Counted from the first letter of the stretch, positions 39,974-50,908 are shown. The stretch is DNA of 64,000 nt from Promethearchaeota archaeon (GCA_019057865.1 JAHLWP010000010.1:32001-96000); one strand, 5' to 3'. Notes: generated by a model not told the origin, from the letters alone. Numbers and translations are program-made.

Positions 39974-41704
39974 GTGGATATTGTAAACATGTCAAGTCCT
40001 TATAAAGACCGATTCTGGCGAAAATATTGGGACGAGGGATTAACTGATTTGGATCCTAGTTTATGGAAAATTTCATATACGGAAGCCGTGAAGGATACTA
40101 TTGAAAAGTTTCCTAAGAAAATGGCGTTAGCATATCAAGGCTTAGAAATAAATTATGGTGAATTAGATAAATATTCAAATCAATTTGCTAATATGTTGAT
40201 TAAACAAGGGTTTAAGAAAGGAGATGTTGTAGGAATAAACTTACCAAATATACCTGAATACGTGATTGCTCTTCTTGGTACTCTTAAAGCAGGATGCATT
40301 GTTTCTGGAGTAAGTCCACTCATGTCAGATGTCCAAATGCATTACCAATTAAATGATTTAGGAGCGGGTGAAAAAAATGTTGCTCTGGTAACTTTAGACG
40401 CAATTTTCCAGCATAGATTAAAAAATATAGAATCAAAATTGCCTCAATTGAAGTTAATAGTATGGACTAGTGTTATTGGGATTTTTCCAAAAGAACAACA
40501 AGATAAAATTCGAGCTGTTAGAGATATTCCTTCAGGAGAGGTCACTCCATTAGAGGGAAAAACTGTTCTTGACTTTCATGATGACGTCCTAGCTCAATAC
40601 TCTACTGACGTACCTAAGGTCAATGTAACTCCTGATGATATAGCATTTATTCAATATACTGGAGGAACAACAGGACCTCCTAAAGGTGCTATGTTATCAC
40701 ATAGAAACAGTGTTTCGGATTTGTTAATTGTCCAAAAATGGCTTAGTTGGGAAAGTGGAGCAAAAATTGCACTTTCAGGATTTCCTTTTTTCCATATCGC
40801 GGGTACATTTTTCTGTGAAAACTGTATTTATCTAGGATGGGGACAAGTGCTTATACCTGATCCTAGAGATGCCTTACATATTTGTAATGAGATTAAGAAA
40901 TATAAACCAACTGCTCTTGTAAATGTGCCTTCACTATTTCAAATTTTGATTAATACACGAAAATTTAAGCGATTAGATCATTCAAGTTTAGAATTCTGCA
41001 TTTCTGCTGCTTCACCATTTCCAGAAGAATCGCAGAAACAATTAGAAGGTATTATAGGTGAAGGTAAATTATTAGAAGTTTATGGAATGACCGAAACTTC
41101 TCCCCTTACTACAATGAATCCTATGAAAGGCAAGAGGAAATTAGGTTCAATAGGATTACCGTTATTAAACACGGAATTAAAAATAGTTGATCCTGATACT
41201 GGAGAAGAAGTTCCCTTAGGGGAACCAGGAGAAATATGGGTAAAAGGCCCTATGGTAATGAAAGGATATTATAATAAACCTGAAGAAACTAAAAAAGCTA
41301 TTGACCAAGACGGATATATACGTACTGGAGATGTCGCGATTATGGATGATAGAGGTTACCTTAGAATTGTAGATCGTACAAAAGATATGATAATAGTAGG
41401 GGGTTATAAGTTGTTTTCTACTAAAGTTGAAGATATATTATCTAAACATCCTGCTATTGGAATGATTGCTCTAATCGGGTTGCCAAATCCAGATAGGCCG
41501 GGTTCCGAAATTGTGAAAGCTTATATACAAATAGATCCTGAGTACGAATTTGATGGAAATGAAGATGCATTAAAAGAAAATATAATAAAATTCGCTAAAG
41601 AGAATTGTTCCCCTTATGAAGTTCCTAAAGTAGTTGAATTTTCAAAAGAGCTCCCTCTTACTGTGGTAGGAAAGATTGATAAAAAGTTATTACGCAAAGA
41701 GTAA
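39974..41704 (+). CDS. Long-chain acyl-CoA ligase (AMP-forming)
   Basis: YTGGTTGPPKG, YGMTETSP, RTGD, DRTKDMI, LP.TVVGKIDKK. Confidence 0.93.
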   Translation: MDIVNMSSPYKDRFWRKYWDEGLTDLDPSLWKISYTEAVKDTIEKFPKKMALAYQGLEINYGELDKYSNQFANMLIKQGFKKGDVVGINLPNIPEYVIALLGTLKAGCIVSGVSPLMSDVQMHYQLNDLGAGEKNVALVTLDAIFQHRLKNIESKLPQLKLIVWTSVIGIFPKEQQDKIRAVRDIPSGEVTPLEGKTVLDFHDDVLAQYSTDVPKVNVTPDDIAFIQYTGGTTGPPKGAMLSHRNSVSDLLIVQKWLSWESGAKIALSGFPFFHIAGTFFCENCIYLGWGQVLIPDPRDALHICNEIKKYKPTALVNVPSLFQILINTRKFKRLDHSSLEFCISAASPFPEESQKQLEGIIGEGKLLEVYGMTETSPLTTMNPMKGKRKLGSIGLPLLNTELKIVDPDTGEEVPLGEPGEIWVKGPMVMKGYYNKPEETKKAIDQDGYIRTGDVAIMDDRGYLRIVDRTKDMIIVGGYKLFSTKVEDILSKHPAIGMIALIGLPNPDRPGSEIVKAYIQIDPEYEFDGNEDALKENIIKFAKENCSPYEVPKVVEFSKELPLTVVGKIDKKLLRKE

Positions 41705-41978
41705 AAATAAATTTAAAATTCATTTTTTTTATCTTTTTAATGATTCAAGATTTAATTTGAAATAATAAGAGTATTTCACACTATAATTCATTGAATCATT
41801 ATATTATCCTAATATTTTCAAAGATATTATAAAATTACAAAATCTTAAAAACTGAATATGGTTTATAACACATAATTATCTATAGATAATTGGCATTTAA
41901 AACACATATAAGGAATACAAAAGATTAGAAAGCATAAAAAAGAAAGGTATAAACCAAGCATAGAAAAGGTGAGAATTA

Positions 41979-42263
41979 ATGGCTAATGATGATGACTCAA
42001 AAGTTTTTATTGGTAAGAAGAGGTCAATGAATTATGTAATGGCTGCTATGGTTGTTCTAAATGAAAAACCAGTGAGATTACTAGCTCGAGGACGATCTAT
42101 ATCCCGAGCAGTTGATGTAGCAGAAATTGTTATTAATAATTTTATTAAAGGAAGTACTTATGGAGAAATCATAATTGACACTGAGACATTTACTAATGAT
42201 GATGGGACTTCTAGCAACGTCTCATCAATCGACATTGAAATCTTACCACCAGAAAAGAAGTAA
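41979..42263 (+). CDS. albA: Chromatin protein Alba
   Basis: VFIGKK..MNYV.A, ARGRSISRAVDVAE, NVSSIDI. Confidence 0.95.
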   Translation: MANDDDSKVFIGKKRSMNYVMAAMVVLNEKPVRLLARGRSISRAVDVAEIVINNFIKGSTYGEIIIDTETFTNDDGTSSNVSSIDIEILPPEKK

Positions 42264-42284
42264 TAATTAGTTAAAAATCTTCAG

Positions 42285-42319
42285 GAGAAAATCAGGAGAC
42301 TTTCTCGCATCTTTTTTTT
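42285..42319 (+). terminator. Putative terminator after albA
   Basis: GAGAAA...TTTCTC hairpin followed by a T8 tract. Confidence 0.4.
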
Positions 42320-42342
42320 ATTTTATTTTGTAGAAGGATTAA

Positions 42343-43203
42343 TTACTTAAGGACAAATTGAAATTCATCTACGTCAATTACAGAGCGATAACCAACTTTT
42401 TGATAAATACTGTTCGACGTGGGATTCATTAAGTCTTAAATAAGAAACAAAATCGATTTCCCTCTTCTAATATGTTTTTACTTAATTTAGCTACACACTC
42501 AGTTGCATATCCCCTTCTTCTTAATTCTGGTGGAGTATAAACAAAGTTCACTAAATTTCTATTAGGTGTTTTTCCTGCTTTTTGTACCATTGAAACTGGT
42601 TTATTATTATCTAATAATAAAAAAATTTTTCCCTTTCCTAATTGCCTTCGCTATTTTTTTTATTGATTGTTCTATCATTTCGTTGGTTCTTTCTTGAAAT
42701 GCTTCTATCAAAAACTCTTTTGCCCATTGCAGAATTTTATTCTCATATAACCTTGTGGCTTTAATAAATTCATTTTTACCTAAAGTTTCTTCTGCTACAC
42801 GTTCTAATTTATAAATTCTTTCATTTGTAACTAATTCAGCGCTAATCCCTTTCTTTTTACACCATTGCTTAATAAACTTTTTTGCTCCTTCTTTAAAACC
42901 CAAAACACCAGGTAATTTAATATTCTTTTTAATAAGTACATCAATTAAAACATCAATAGTTTGTAAATTATCCGTATACGATATAATTTGGTTATGGGGA
43001 GGAGTTCTTATAGAAACTAATTTTATCTTGTCATTCTCAGTAATAGAAGTAAAAATTGGTTTATTATCTCCATATCTATATAAGTCTTCCTTTAGAGAGT
43101 TAAGAATCGAGAAAAGCAGATTATTTTCTGCTTCATACTTTAATAAAAATGGAAATACCATCTCATTAAATCGGTTGAGATCTTCATAAAATTCTACTTT
43201 CAT
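42343..43203 (-). pseudogene. GNAT acetyltransferase with two frameshifts
   Basis: After ...KAIRKGK a +1 shift in the A5/T7 run near 42625 continues IFLLLDNNKPVSMV...VYTPPELRRRGYA; a second 1-nt loss near 42437 precedes DLMNPTSNSIYQKVGY...LK*. Confidence 0.8.
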
Positions 43204-43347
43204 AAATACACTAGATAATTATTTTGATTTAAATTCTCTTAATCTTCTTTTAATTAACCATTCTATTTAATCAGTATAAAAAAGGAGAGTATTTTGAACT
43301 GTCATTATATTAATAAAATAAGTTTAGACATTAATAAATTATAAATA

Positions 43348-43581
43348 TTAAGATCTGCAAAATAATGTTAAACTGGACGGATTCGAAAGTGAATAAAATA
43401 TGATTAGAGAAAGAAAATTGACTATTTTCCTTATAATTATACTTTTACGTGCATAAGTTAAATTTTTCTCTTGATAGCCAAGGTCTAAGGCAACTAGAGT
43501 TGAAACTAAATCTACCAGATTTAAGATTAAAAATATTCCAAATAAGATGTAATTAATAATTTTTAGTCTCATGCATATCAA
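43348..43581 (-). CDS. Small membrane protein or fragment (DUF5658-like)
   Basis: LNLVDLVSTLVAL..GY.EKN pattern; short and possibly internally deleted. Confidence 0.35.
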   Translation of the reverse strand: MICMRLKIINYILFGIFLILNLVDLVSTLVALDLGYQEKNLTYARKSIIIRKIVNFLSLIIFYSLSNPSSLTLFCRS

Positions 43582-43900
43582 TTAAATAAATCTTTTTAAA
43601 AATATTAAAATATATAAGATTTCTGATTCTTTTTTAGTCATGATAAGGATTTAGAGTCTGTCAATTTGTAGCAAGCAAATAATTCTTCAACATTATTATT
43701 CAATTATATTCAATAGAAAACCTGAAGAAGTATAAAAGTAGTAAACGAGCAGATAAAACTTATTAATAGAAAAAGTGCAAGTATACCTTTTATACCCTCA
43801 TTTGTACTATATCTCAGAAAAACTAAACAGAGAAGTAATGTGGTACCATAAAAAAAAGAAGTTATTACACAAAAAGGATTTAACCAAGAATAACATTCAC

Positions 43901-45421
43901 TTAAAGCACTAAATGATACATCAGATATCGTTCAAATAAAAAAGTAAGTAAATAATATGGACCTAAGCAAAACAGATACCATGCTCCTAGCACAATACAA
44001 AGAGTTAAAATGTACAAAATTATTGTCTTGATTAATTTCACTATTGAAGGAAGGACTTGTCTTAATTTAAAGGTAAATGAGAAAGCAAATTTTCGAACTT
44101 TTCGCTTGAAAGAAATTTTCTTTTGTGGCATAAGAGACTGAAGAGATACAGATTCTGGAGAAAATCCATCAGGATTTGTTAAATATATTATACCACTCTT
44201 AGTTATTATAATGTATTTAAAGGCTCTGCCATTATTATCTCTAAAAGAAGTGGATAAAAAACATCTGTTAATGAGTTCCGAAATTTTTTGTTTTATTTGC
44301 TTGTTATATTGTTTCTTATGATACTGTTTAGCTCTTTTAGATAGCTGATTAATCTCTCCTAAAAATTTTTTTGCTTGTGGAATAGAATCATATATAAAAT
44401 CAGATCTTATTGCTTTTTCTGGCTGATTGTAAATAGCTCTTAATATATCAGTATTTTCTATTGTCGGTAATGGGATTATCTTTTGAGGTTTATAAGGTCT
44501 CTTTTTGTGAGAAGGGCGTGACTTTTTATAATATATACGTTTTGAAGGTCTTTTATACGATACAAAATTCGGATAATAAGTTCCCTTATAGGCAGCATTT
44601 GTATCTTCTAAATTAACTACTTTACCTTGCTTTTTATTCTCAGATCTAAGCTGAGTGAAAGTCGAGTTAATAAAAAACATTTTTGAGACCTGATCTTCAT
44701 GATGACATAATGTATGATGTTCATTGTTATTATTGAATCCTGAAATGAGATTTTCCTTTGTAAAATATAATCTCAAAATATTATTATATGAAGCACAAAA
44801 AATCAATACTTGTAAAAATTTAATCTCACCTTCAAGATAACGTCCATGATTTTTATTCTCATCAATATAATTGAATATCATAAAATTTAAACCATCATAT
44901 ATAAAATCTCCTTCTTTTGGCAATTCAAAGGGCATTTTCTCTTCAAATTTTTTAATCATTTCATGATACAATGAAAAGGTAGGTTCTCGGTCAAAAAAAT
45001 AATGTGTATGAAAATATTCAATAAATTTTCGAATATTTAAGAGATATTCTTTAGGTATTTCAATTAATTTGTCCCAGAATCCATCTTCTAATGCCTCATA
45101 CCACACTTTTCTACCTTTAGTAGTAAATGTAAAAATAGGATACTCAATTTCATGTTGTCTGTGCCTTCTTCCTTTATCAGGTGGCTTTAATAAATCAATA
45201 GTTCTATTTCCTAATTGGATACGAGATAGATTAAAACAAGTCTGGAAGATAACGTGTTTTCTTTTATACTCTTTAAAAAGTAATCCTATGTTTTTTTTTT
45301 TAAAATCTAAAAACCCTTTCCAGCAAAAAAAGTAGAGATCAGGAGCGAAATTAAATGTAATGAGTTTTAATATTTCCTTGTTTCGTAAATTATCTAATTT
45401 ATAAATTCTATCATCTATCAT
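43901..45421 (-). CDS. Hypothetical protein (506 aa) with C-terminal transmembrane segment
   Basis: Long ORF; basic patches; hydrophobic C-terminus. Confidence 0.65.
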   Translation of the reverse strand: MIDDRIYKLDNLRNKEILKLITFNFAPDLYFFCWKGFLDFKKKNIGLLFKEYKRKHVIFQTCFNLSRIQLGNRTIDLLKPPDKGRRHRQHEIEYPIFTFTTKGRKVWYEALEDGFWDKLIEIPKEYLLNIRKFIEYFHTHYFFDREPTFSLYHEMIKKFEEKMPFELPKEGDFIYDGLNFMIFNYIDENKNHGRYLEGEIKFLQVLIFCASYNNILRLYFTKENLISGFNNNNEHHTLCHHEDQVSKMFFINSTFTQLRSENKKQGKVVNLEDTNAAYKGTYYPNFVSYKRPSKRIYYKKSRPSHKKRPYKPQKIIPLPTIENTDILRAIYNQPEKAIRSDFIYDSIPQAKKFLGEINQLSKRAKQYHKKQYNKQIKQKISELINRCFLSTSFRDNNGRAFKYIIITKSGIIYLTNPDGFSPESVSLQSLMPQKKISFKRKVRKFAFSFTFKLRQVLPSIVKLIKTIILYILTLCIVLGAWYLFCLGPYYLLTFLFERYLMYHLVL

Positions 45422-45450
45422 TCTTATTTTTACTATTCAATATTAATTAT

Positions 45451-46491
45451 TTAGTCTAAATTTATTTTAATTTGAGAACTATCTTTGTAATAATAATAAA
45501 TCTCAGAGAGATCTTCACACACAGTAATGAGTGAAATGTTTCTATACCGAAACTCATCACAGATCAAATCCTCAAACATCCTTTCAAGCTGGATATTAAA
45601 AAGATATTCTTTATCTCCATAGACTCCTTCTAACTGTTCCTTGGTAAGAAAATAATTCTCCTCTTCAATCCTTCTAAAATAGTCTCTGTTCATGATAAAA
45701 TTTTTCCTATAGTCTTCATGAGGAGGTTTTTTTAATATCTTATCAGCGTCCTCTAAAACAATAATGCCACGAAGGACATCTGAATTCCTAATGGGTATAA
45801 GATTTTTAATGGTTTGAAGTAGAAAAGTCACTAAAACTTTCTGGTAAAAAAGATCACATCCAGATAAATCAATACATATTGCCTTACCCTCACTCCATAA
45901 TTTTAACCATTCGGGTACTTCCAGCAGAATCTCTAATGTTCTTTCTAAAACAGGATCATTTTCGAATAAATGAATTGCTTTTTCAATGCTTCTTATATTA
46001 CTCTCTGTAAAATTATCTGAATATGGATGCTCGATTAGATTGGTCTTTAAATCCTCCAGTAAATCTACTAAGGAGCTAGGAAATTCTCCCGTCTTATAAT
46101 GGTGTAGTAAACATCCCATAACAATTGTCATCTCAGGATGAAATCCAAAAATAGCGTTAATATATTCTTCAAATTGCTCTCTATTACGTGCATCAAATTG
46201 CTCTTTGATGAAATAGGGAATTACTAAATCAGAATCTCCATACTTATACACTTTGTCAAGATGATACAGATACAAATCCTCATTCGATTTTAGCTTGATA
46301 AATAAAACTCCAATATCAGGTAATCTTACGTATAACTGGTTTAAAATGTAAGATAGTGTCGCATTCCTCTCTGCTCGGTTCTTTCCTGTAATTAAGAGGT
46401 TGTACATAAAATATCTAAGAGGAATGTTTGAAATCTCGCCTCCATTTTCATAATCCCATACCATCATACCAAGATCTATTTTTATTGACAT
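45451..46491 (-). CDS. HerA/VirB4-like P-loop protein with degenerate Walker A
   Basis: NLLITGKNRAERN where GxxGxGKS is expected; ICIDLS; GIIVLEDAD Walker B; EFRYRNISLI arginine-finger-like segment. Confidence 0.6.
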   Translation of the reverse strand: MSIKIDLGMMVWDYENGGEISNIPLRYFMYNLLITGKNRAERNATLSYILNQLYVRLPDIGVLFIKLKSNEDLYLYHLDKVYKYGDSDLVIPYFIKEQFDARNREQFEEYINAIFGFHPEMTIVMGCLLHHYKTGEFPSSLVDLLEDLKTNLIEHPYSDNFTESNIRSIEKAIHLFENDPVLERTLEILLEVPEWLKLWSEGKAICIDLSGCDLFYQKVLVTFLLQTIKNLIPIRNSDVLRGIIVLEDADKILKKPPHEDYRKNFIMNRDYFRRIEEENYFLTKEQLEGVYGDKEYLFNIQLERMFEDLICDEFRYRNISLITVCEDLSEIYYYYKDSSQIKINLD

Positions 46492-46614
46492 GATTTTCGA
46501 CCTTATATACTAAACTTTCGTGTCTTTAATTACTGTATTATTATTTATATTTAAAGAAAAATTAAATTCGGAATATTAAATTGAAAAATTAAAACTTCTA
46601 TCATTCTTGATGGT

Positions 46615-46941
46615 TCACTTCCTTAAAAAATCATTAATCTCATCATATATCTTGACTAATTCGTTAAAGAACTCTTCATAAAAATAATCATCCTCTCTTA
46701 CATTCTCTTGTAAAAATTTGAAGGTCTTTTCTATGGTTGTTTTCAACACTTCTACTTTAATACTGTTTACTTTATTCATTTCTAACAAAATATCGCACAT
46801 TCGATTAATGACATCTCGATAACTAGGAAATTCAATACCAAATTTCAGCTTGACTTGGTCTATTTTATCCAATAGTTCCTCATTAACTGGGATTGCCGTT
46901 CTCAATTTCTTAACTCCTCTTTTAATTGGGCAAGAATTCAT
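46615..46941 (-). CDS. Small putative DNA-binding protein (ribbon-helix-helix-like)
   Basis: RTAIPVNEELLDKI...SYRDVINRM pattern. Confidence 0.5.
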   Translation of the reverse strand: MNSCPIKRGVKKLRTAIPVNEELLDKIDQVKLKFGIEFPSYRDVINRMCDILLEMNKVNSIKVEVLKTTIEKTFKFLQENVREDDYFYEEFFNELVKIYDEINDFLRK

Positions 46942-47218
46942 TCTTTAAATTCCTGAGAGCAATTTGCTTATCTTTCTCAGATAATTGGTCAAATTCTTCT
47001 CCAATTTTACTGTATTCATAAGGTGGGAGAGCTGTAAAGTACGAAATAACAAGTAATATACCATTTTTAACAATTTCTCTGTCTTCTTTTGTGTCCAGAA
47101 TCTTCATTAGCTTTAGTAATATCTGACTCACTGAAATTATAATCGACTTGCGATTCAAACTCCTACTCTCAATATATTCAATGATTTTCATATAGCAATT
47201 TACATCAAAATGATCCAT
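46922..47218 (-). CDS. Hypothetical protein
   Basis: 98-aa ORF coupled to the downstream gene. Confidence 0.55.
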   Translation of the reverse strand: MDHFDVNCYMKIIEYIESRSLNRKSIIISVSQILLKLMKILDTKEDREIVKNGILLVISYFTALPPYEYSKIGEEFDQLSEKDKQIALRNLKNEFLPN

Positions 47219-47384
47219 TATTATCTTTCTTCACCTACTATTGAAAACACCAAGATTTTTGCATATTTTTAAATGTTAAAAATCTGGGATCGTTTCATTC
47301 TCATTATGATTCTGTTCATTATTATAGATTTATTATAAATATTTAAATGTTATGATTTCATTATAAATATAGAACGATTTTGAT

Positions 47385-47582
47385 GTGATACTAAAAGTGA
47401 ACGGACACCCAACTAAATACTTGTTTTATGAATCCAATAAAAAAAGCATCGTTACTGTACCACGAGCGATAATTGATGCTGCTAATCTAAATTGGAATCA
47501 TCAAGACCAAATAAATATAATCGTAAAAACTATAGATGAACAACCAGGCTTATTTCTATTTAAAAAGAAAAATAATAAATAA
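47385..47582 (+). CDS. AbrB/MazE-like small DNA-binding protein
   Basis: SIVTVPRAIIDAANLNW...DQINI swapped-hairpin pattern. Confidence 0.65.
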   Translation: MILKVNGHPTKYLFYESNKKSIVTVPRAIIDAANLNWNHQDQINIIVKTIDEQPGLFLFKKKNNK

Positions 47583-47612
47583 TAATATTGCCTAAATTTA
47601 TGATGATGTTAT

Positions 47613-49031
47613 TTGAAGGAAATGGATGAGCTTGTTCAATTTATAAAGGCTGATATAGACTTAATAAATAAAGGAATACAAAAAGATAATCCATTGCTTT
47701 TGGATAATATTGAAAAAAATAAACATTTGTTATTTATAGAAAAAGATTTTATGATAGATTTACTCAATAAATATTGCTTTCAATCTTTACCACTGAACTA
47801 TAATTATTATAAAGGCTACGTTCCTAAGGATCGGTTGGAATTATTTGAGAGTCTTTTTACTTCAGGAATAAAGAAATCCGAAATCTATAATGTTAGTTAT
47901 GTAAATGGAGGTACATTTATATATTCAATGGAACAGCTTTATATTAGATTGTTCTTAACAATCTACATTGAATCTCTAATCACATCTTTAGAAATAAAGG
48001 TTATAATTAAAAAATTATTGGATAACTGGAAATTTTTTTTGGAAGAACAAAAACTACCAGTTGAAATTTTAACATTTTTGCCTGAAGTTTTTATTGAAAA
48101 AGAAGCTGTAAAATTACCCAATAACTTTGAGATCAAAACTATTTCAAGTTTTCTACATTTTGAAAAAACAGGATCTGAATTAAGTAAAGGATTTGAAGTT
48201 TTTGGACCAATGGGCTCTTTTCTTATTTTTAAAACAGAAATTTCATGTAATCATAATTTTATAAAAGATCATCAGAAACTTAGCAATATTGATCAAAAAA
48301 TACTTATTGAAGAATGGAAAAAAAAAATGAAATCTCTTAAAGAATTAACATTTAGTCTACTTCTAGGAGGTATTAATTTTACTAATGAATCTACAGTACT
48401 ATCATTGCCTTGGTGGTTTGGAGATCAAGAACTAAAATTTAAGAGAAAAAATATAAGTATAGGGGCTATAACAATTACAGATAAATATTTAAAACTCGTA
48501 AATGAAATCTATGAAATGGTATTAAAATTGGATATTATAAATGATAAGGAACTTGAGTTAGCACTTTTCAAATATGGTTACCTTCTTAAAAAAAAATTTT
48601 TATATGATATGATTCTAGATGAATTTATAATCCTCGAATCTATTTTTTCAAAAGGAGGGACTTCAGAAGTCTCATACCGTCTCTCATCTAATTTAGCCTT
48701 TTTTCTTGCCGAAGACATTGAATATTTTAAGGAAATTTATAATTGTATAAAGGATCTCTATAGCATTAGAAATAAAATTGCACACGGAGAGGATTGGACA
48801 AAAGGATTATCAAAAGAAAAATATAGAAAGCATTTAGGAATTGATGATCCTAATGCTAAAGCTGAAACAATAGCTAAAGGGATATATTCTAAATTGAGAT
48901 ATTTTATTGATGAAGTGCTGAAAAAAATAATAGAAATGAAGTATGAAAGGATTGAGGCTAGTAAAGACCCAAACATAATGAAGGATTTTAAAGGTACCTA
49001 TTTTATAGAAAATAGTAATATGTATAAATAA
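47613..49031 (+). CDS. HEPN-domain protein (ApeA-like)
   Basis: ILESIF...EVSYRLS..LAFFL and LYSIRNKIAHG (Rx4H). Confidence 0.8.
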   Translation: MKEMDELVQFIKADIDLINKGIQKDNPLLLDNIEKNKHLLFIEKDFMIDLLNKYCFQSLPLNYNYYKGYVPKDRLELFESLFTSGIKKSEIYNVSYVNGGTFIYSMEQLYIRLFLTIYIESLITSLEIKVIIKKLLDNWKFFLEEQKLPVEILTFLPEVFIEKEAVKLPNNFEIKTISSFLHFEKTGSELSKGFEVFGPMGSFLIFKTEISCNHNFIKDHQKLSNIDQKILIEEWKKKMKSLKELTFSLLLGGINFTNESTVLSLPWWFGDQELKFKRKNISIGAITITDKYLKLVNEIYEMVLKLDIINDKELELALFKYGYLLKKKFLYDMILDEFIILESIFSKGGTSEVSYRLSSNLAFFLAEDIEYFKEIYNCIKDLYSIRNKIAHGEDWTKGLSKEKYRKHLGIDDPNAKAETIAKGIYSKLRYFIDEVLKKIIEMKYERIEASKDPNIMKDFKGTYFIENSNMYK

Positions 49032-49277
49032 CAGAAATAAAGATAATGTAAATGAATCCAGAAGCATTTAATTGCTAGGAAAGGTAAGAAATGGTCTTAA
49101 TTAATGATGAAGTAATGAAAAATCCCAAAAAACAGTTTGAAAAATATATGAAAACCTATGAGACCGTTAAAAATTAATTTAAGGCTGTTGTTTCACCAAA
49201 TTTAATTCATCACCAAAATTTATAAAAACTTTAATCAATTTTTAAAATATTCAAAACCAAGAGACTTAAGGATATAA

Positions 49278-50525
49278 ATGTCTGAACAAAAAATAATTCA
49301 AGGAAAATTTTGCAAAACTAAAACAATTGGAGAAGGTAAATCGGGTAAAATTTTTGAAGTATTAGTCCTAAGAGACATTATATACGCAAATAAAGGGGAT
49401 AAATTAGCTATAAAAGAATATAAAGCTTGGGTCTTAGAAGAGCCATTCCAAACAATTAGAATTGCAAGAGAATGGACCACTGGTTCGAAAATAATATCTA
49501 ATCATTTAGTAAAGACATATGAAATAATCGAAGAACAAGGAAATACCTATTTAGTGATGGAATTATTGGACGGTATTTCCTTATCCAAATATTTAGAAAA
49601 TAATCCAATACTGAGTTTCCCAGAACTTATTGATATTTGTTCAGGAATTTTAGAAGGTTTACACCAACTTCATAAAAATAATTTAATTCACAGGGATATT
49701 AAACCAGCCAATATAATGATAACAAGTAGAGGACCAGTTATTACGGATTTTGGTGTAATTAAAGATCTGAATGAATCAAATACAATTACAGGGAGCAATC
49801 AATTTTTAGGTACAATAAAATACGCAGCTCCAGAATTATTATTTGGTAAGAGTAAAGATGATAAATCAATAAATATCTATAGTTTTGGAATGATATTATA
49901 TGAATTAATTTTTAAGAAACCGTATTTTGATAAAAGCATGTATTGGAGCGAAATTATAATCCTAAAAAAAAACCCTATTACATTTCCCTTATTTTTAAAT
50001 TCAGAAATATGGCGGCGTTTTGGATTTCGAGAATCACTTTTTCTATCATCAATTTTACAAGGCAGTTTAACAAAACCAGACTTACGTTTAACTAGCGAAC
50101 AATTATATACAGCATTCAGTAATAATATTTGGAAAAATTATTTTTTACATTATGTGAATTCGGATGTTATATCAATTTGGCCAGATAATCCTGAAATATT
50201 AAAAACAAAACTTCATACATTACTTATTAAATTAGAAAAGGAAGCACCATCTGAAATTGAAGATATTATAAAAAACTTGTATTATAACGCAGCTATAATA
50301 GAAGATTATGGATTTTACAAAATAATTGGTGTTGATGATACAGAAGGTTGGCTATATCGCTTAAGTGAATTAGGATTAATATCAGAATTAATTAATTATG
50401 AAAAAGAGTATTGGGATGAAAGAGTAGGATTTATGACTAATTTAGGATGGCAGTTTTTATTAAAATATTCCCAAGATGTTGAAAAATTAATCCAAGACGT
50501 TAGAATCAATAGCAGTATCAAATAA
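49278..50525 (+). CDS. Hanks-type Ser/Thr protein kinase with possible C-terminal winged helix
   Basis: IGEGKSG, AIK, HRDIKPAN, DFG, GT..Y.APE; C-terminal L..LSELGLI...MTNLGW. Confidence 0.9.
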   Translation: MSEQKIIQGKFCKTKTIGEGKSGKIFEVLVLRDIIYANKGDKLAIKEYKAWVLEEPFQTIRIAREWTTGSKIISNHLVKTYEIIEEQGNTYLVMELLDGISLSKYLENNPILSFPELIDICSGILEGLHQLHKNNLIHRDIKPANIMITSRGPVITDFGVIKDLNESNTITGSNQFLGTIKYAAPELLFGKSKDDKSINIYSFGMILYELIFKKPYFDKSMYWSEIIILKKNPITFPLFLNSEIWRRFGFRESLFLSSILQGSLTKPDLRLTSEQLYTAFSNNIWKNYFLHYVNSDVISIWPDNPEILKTKLHTLLIKLEKEAPSEIEDIIKNLYYNAAIIEDYGFYKIIGVDDTEGWLYRLSELGLISELINYEKEYWDERVGFMTNLGWQFLLKYSQDVEKLIQDVRINSSIK

Positions 50526-50743
50526 AATTGTAATAAATATTTCCAATAATCCTTAATTTCCTTAATACTTTAATTTAGAAATATCTTCGCGGACTTGTTG
50601 TGATCTATTTTTTAATCCTAATTGTTCATAAATTTCTAGGGCACTTTCGAAATTTTGAAGTTCTATGTCGATAATCTAAAGTTATCCACGCTATTACTTG
50701 ACATCTTACCTATAAATAAGCAAAAATAAGAAAATCTAAACAA

Positions 50744-50908
50744 TTAGTAAAGTGTTCTCCTTTCTAACTTATTTAACTTGATGACATATTCAGAACAAAT
50801 TTTACATTCAGGTATCTTACATATCGCTTGATTTTTCGGCAAGATGCATGAATGAACAAATGGACATTCGAACACTATAATTTTTGGCTTATCTTTGGTT
50901 CTGCTCAT
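50744..50908 (-). CDS. Small Cys-rich protein (54 aa)
   Basis: MSRTKDKPKIIVFECPFVHSCILPKNQAICKIPECKICSEYVIKLNKLERRTLY; five Cys. Confidence 0.5.
   Translation of the reverse strand: MSRTKDKPKIIVFECPFVHSCILPKNQAICKIPECKICSEYVIKLNKLERRTLY

Noticed and set aside
42600-42635. Hairpin (TTTATTATT/AATAATAAA) after an A5T7 run in the GNAT gene as an intron or programmed frameshift
   Set aside because: The sequence reads as normal GNAT residues after a single +1 correction, so there is no insert; the shift is +1 rather than -1, and a second indel lies downstream. Decay or homopolymer error is more likely.
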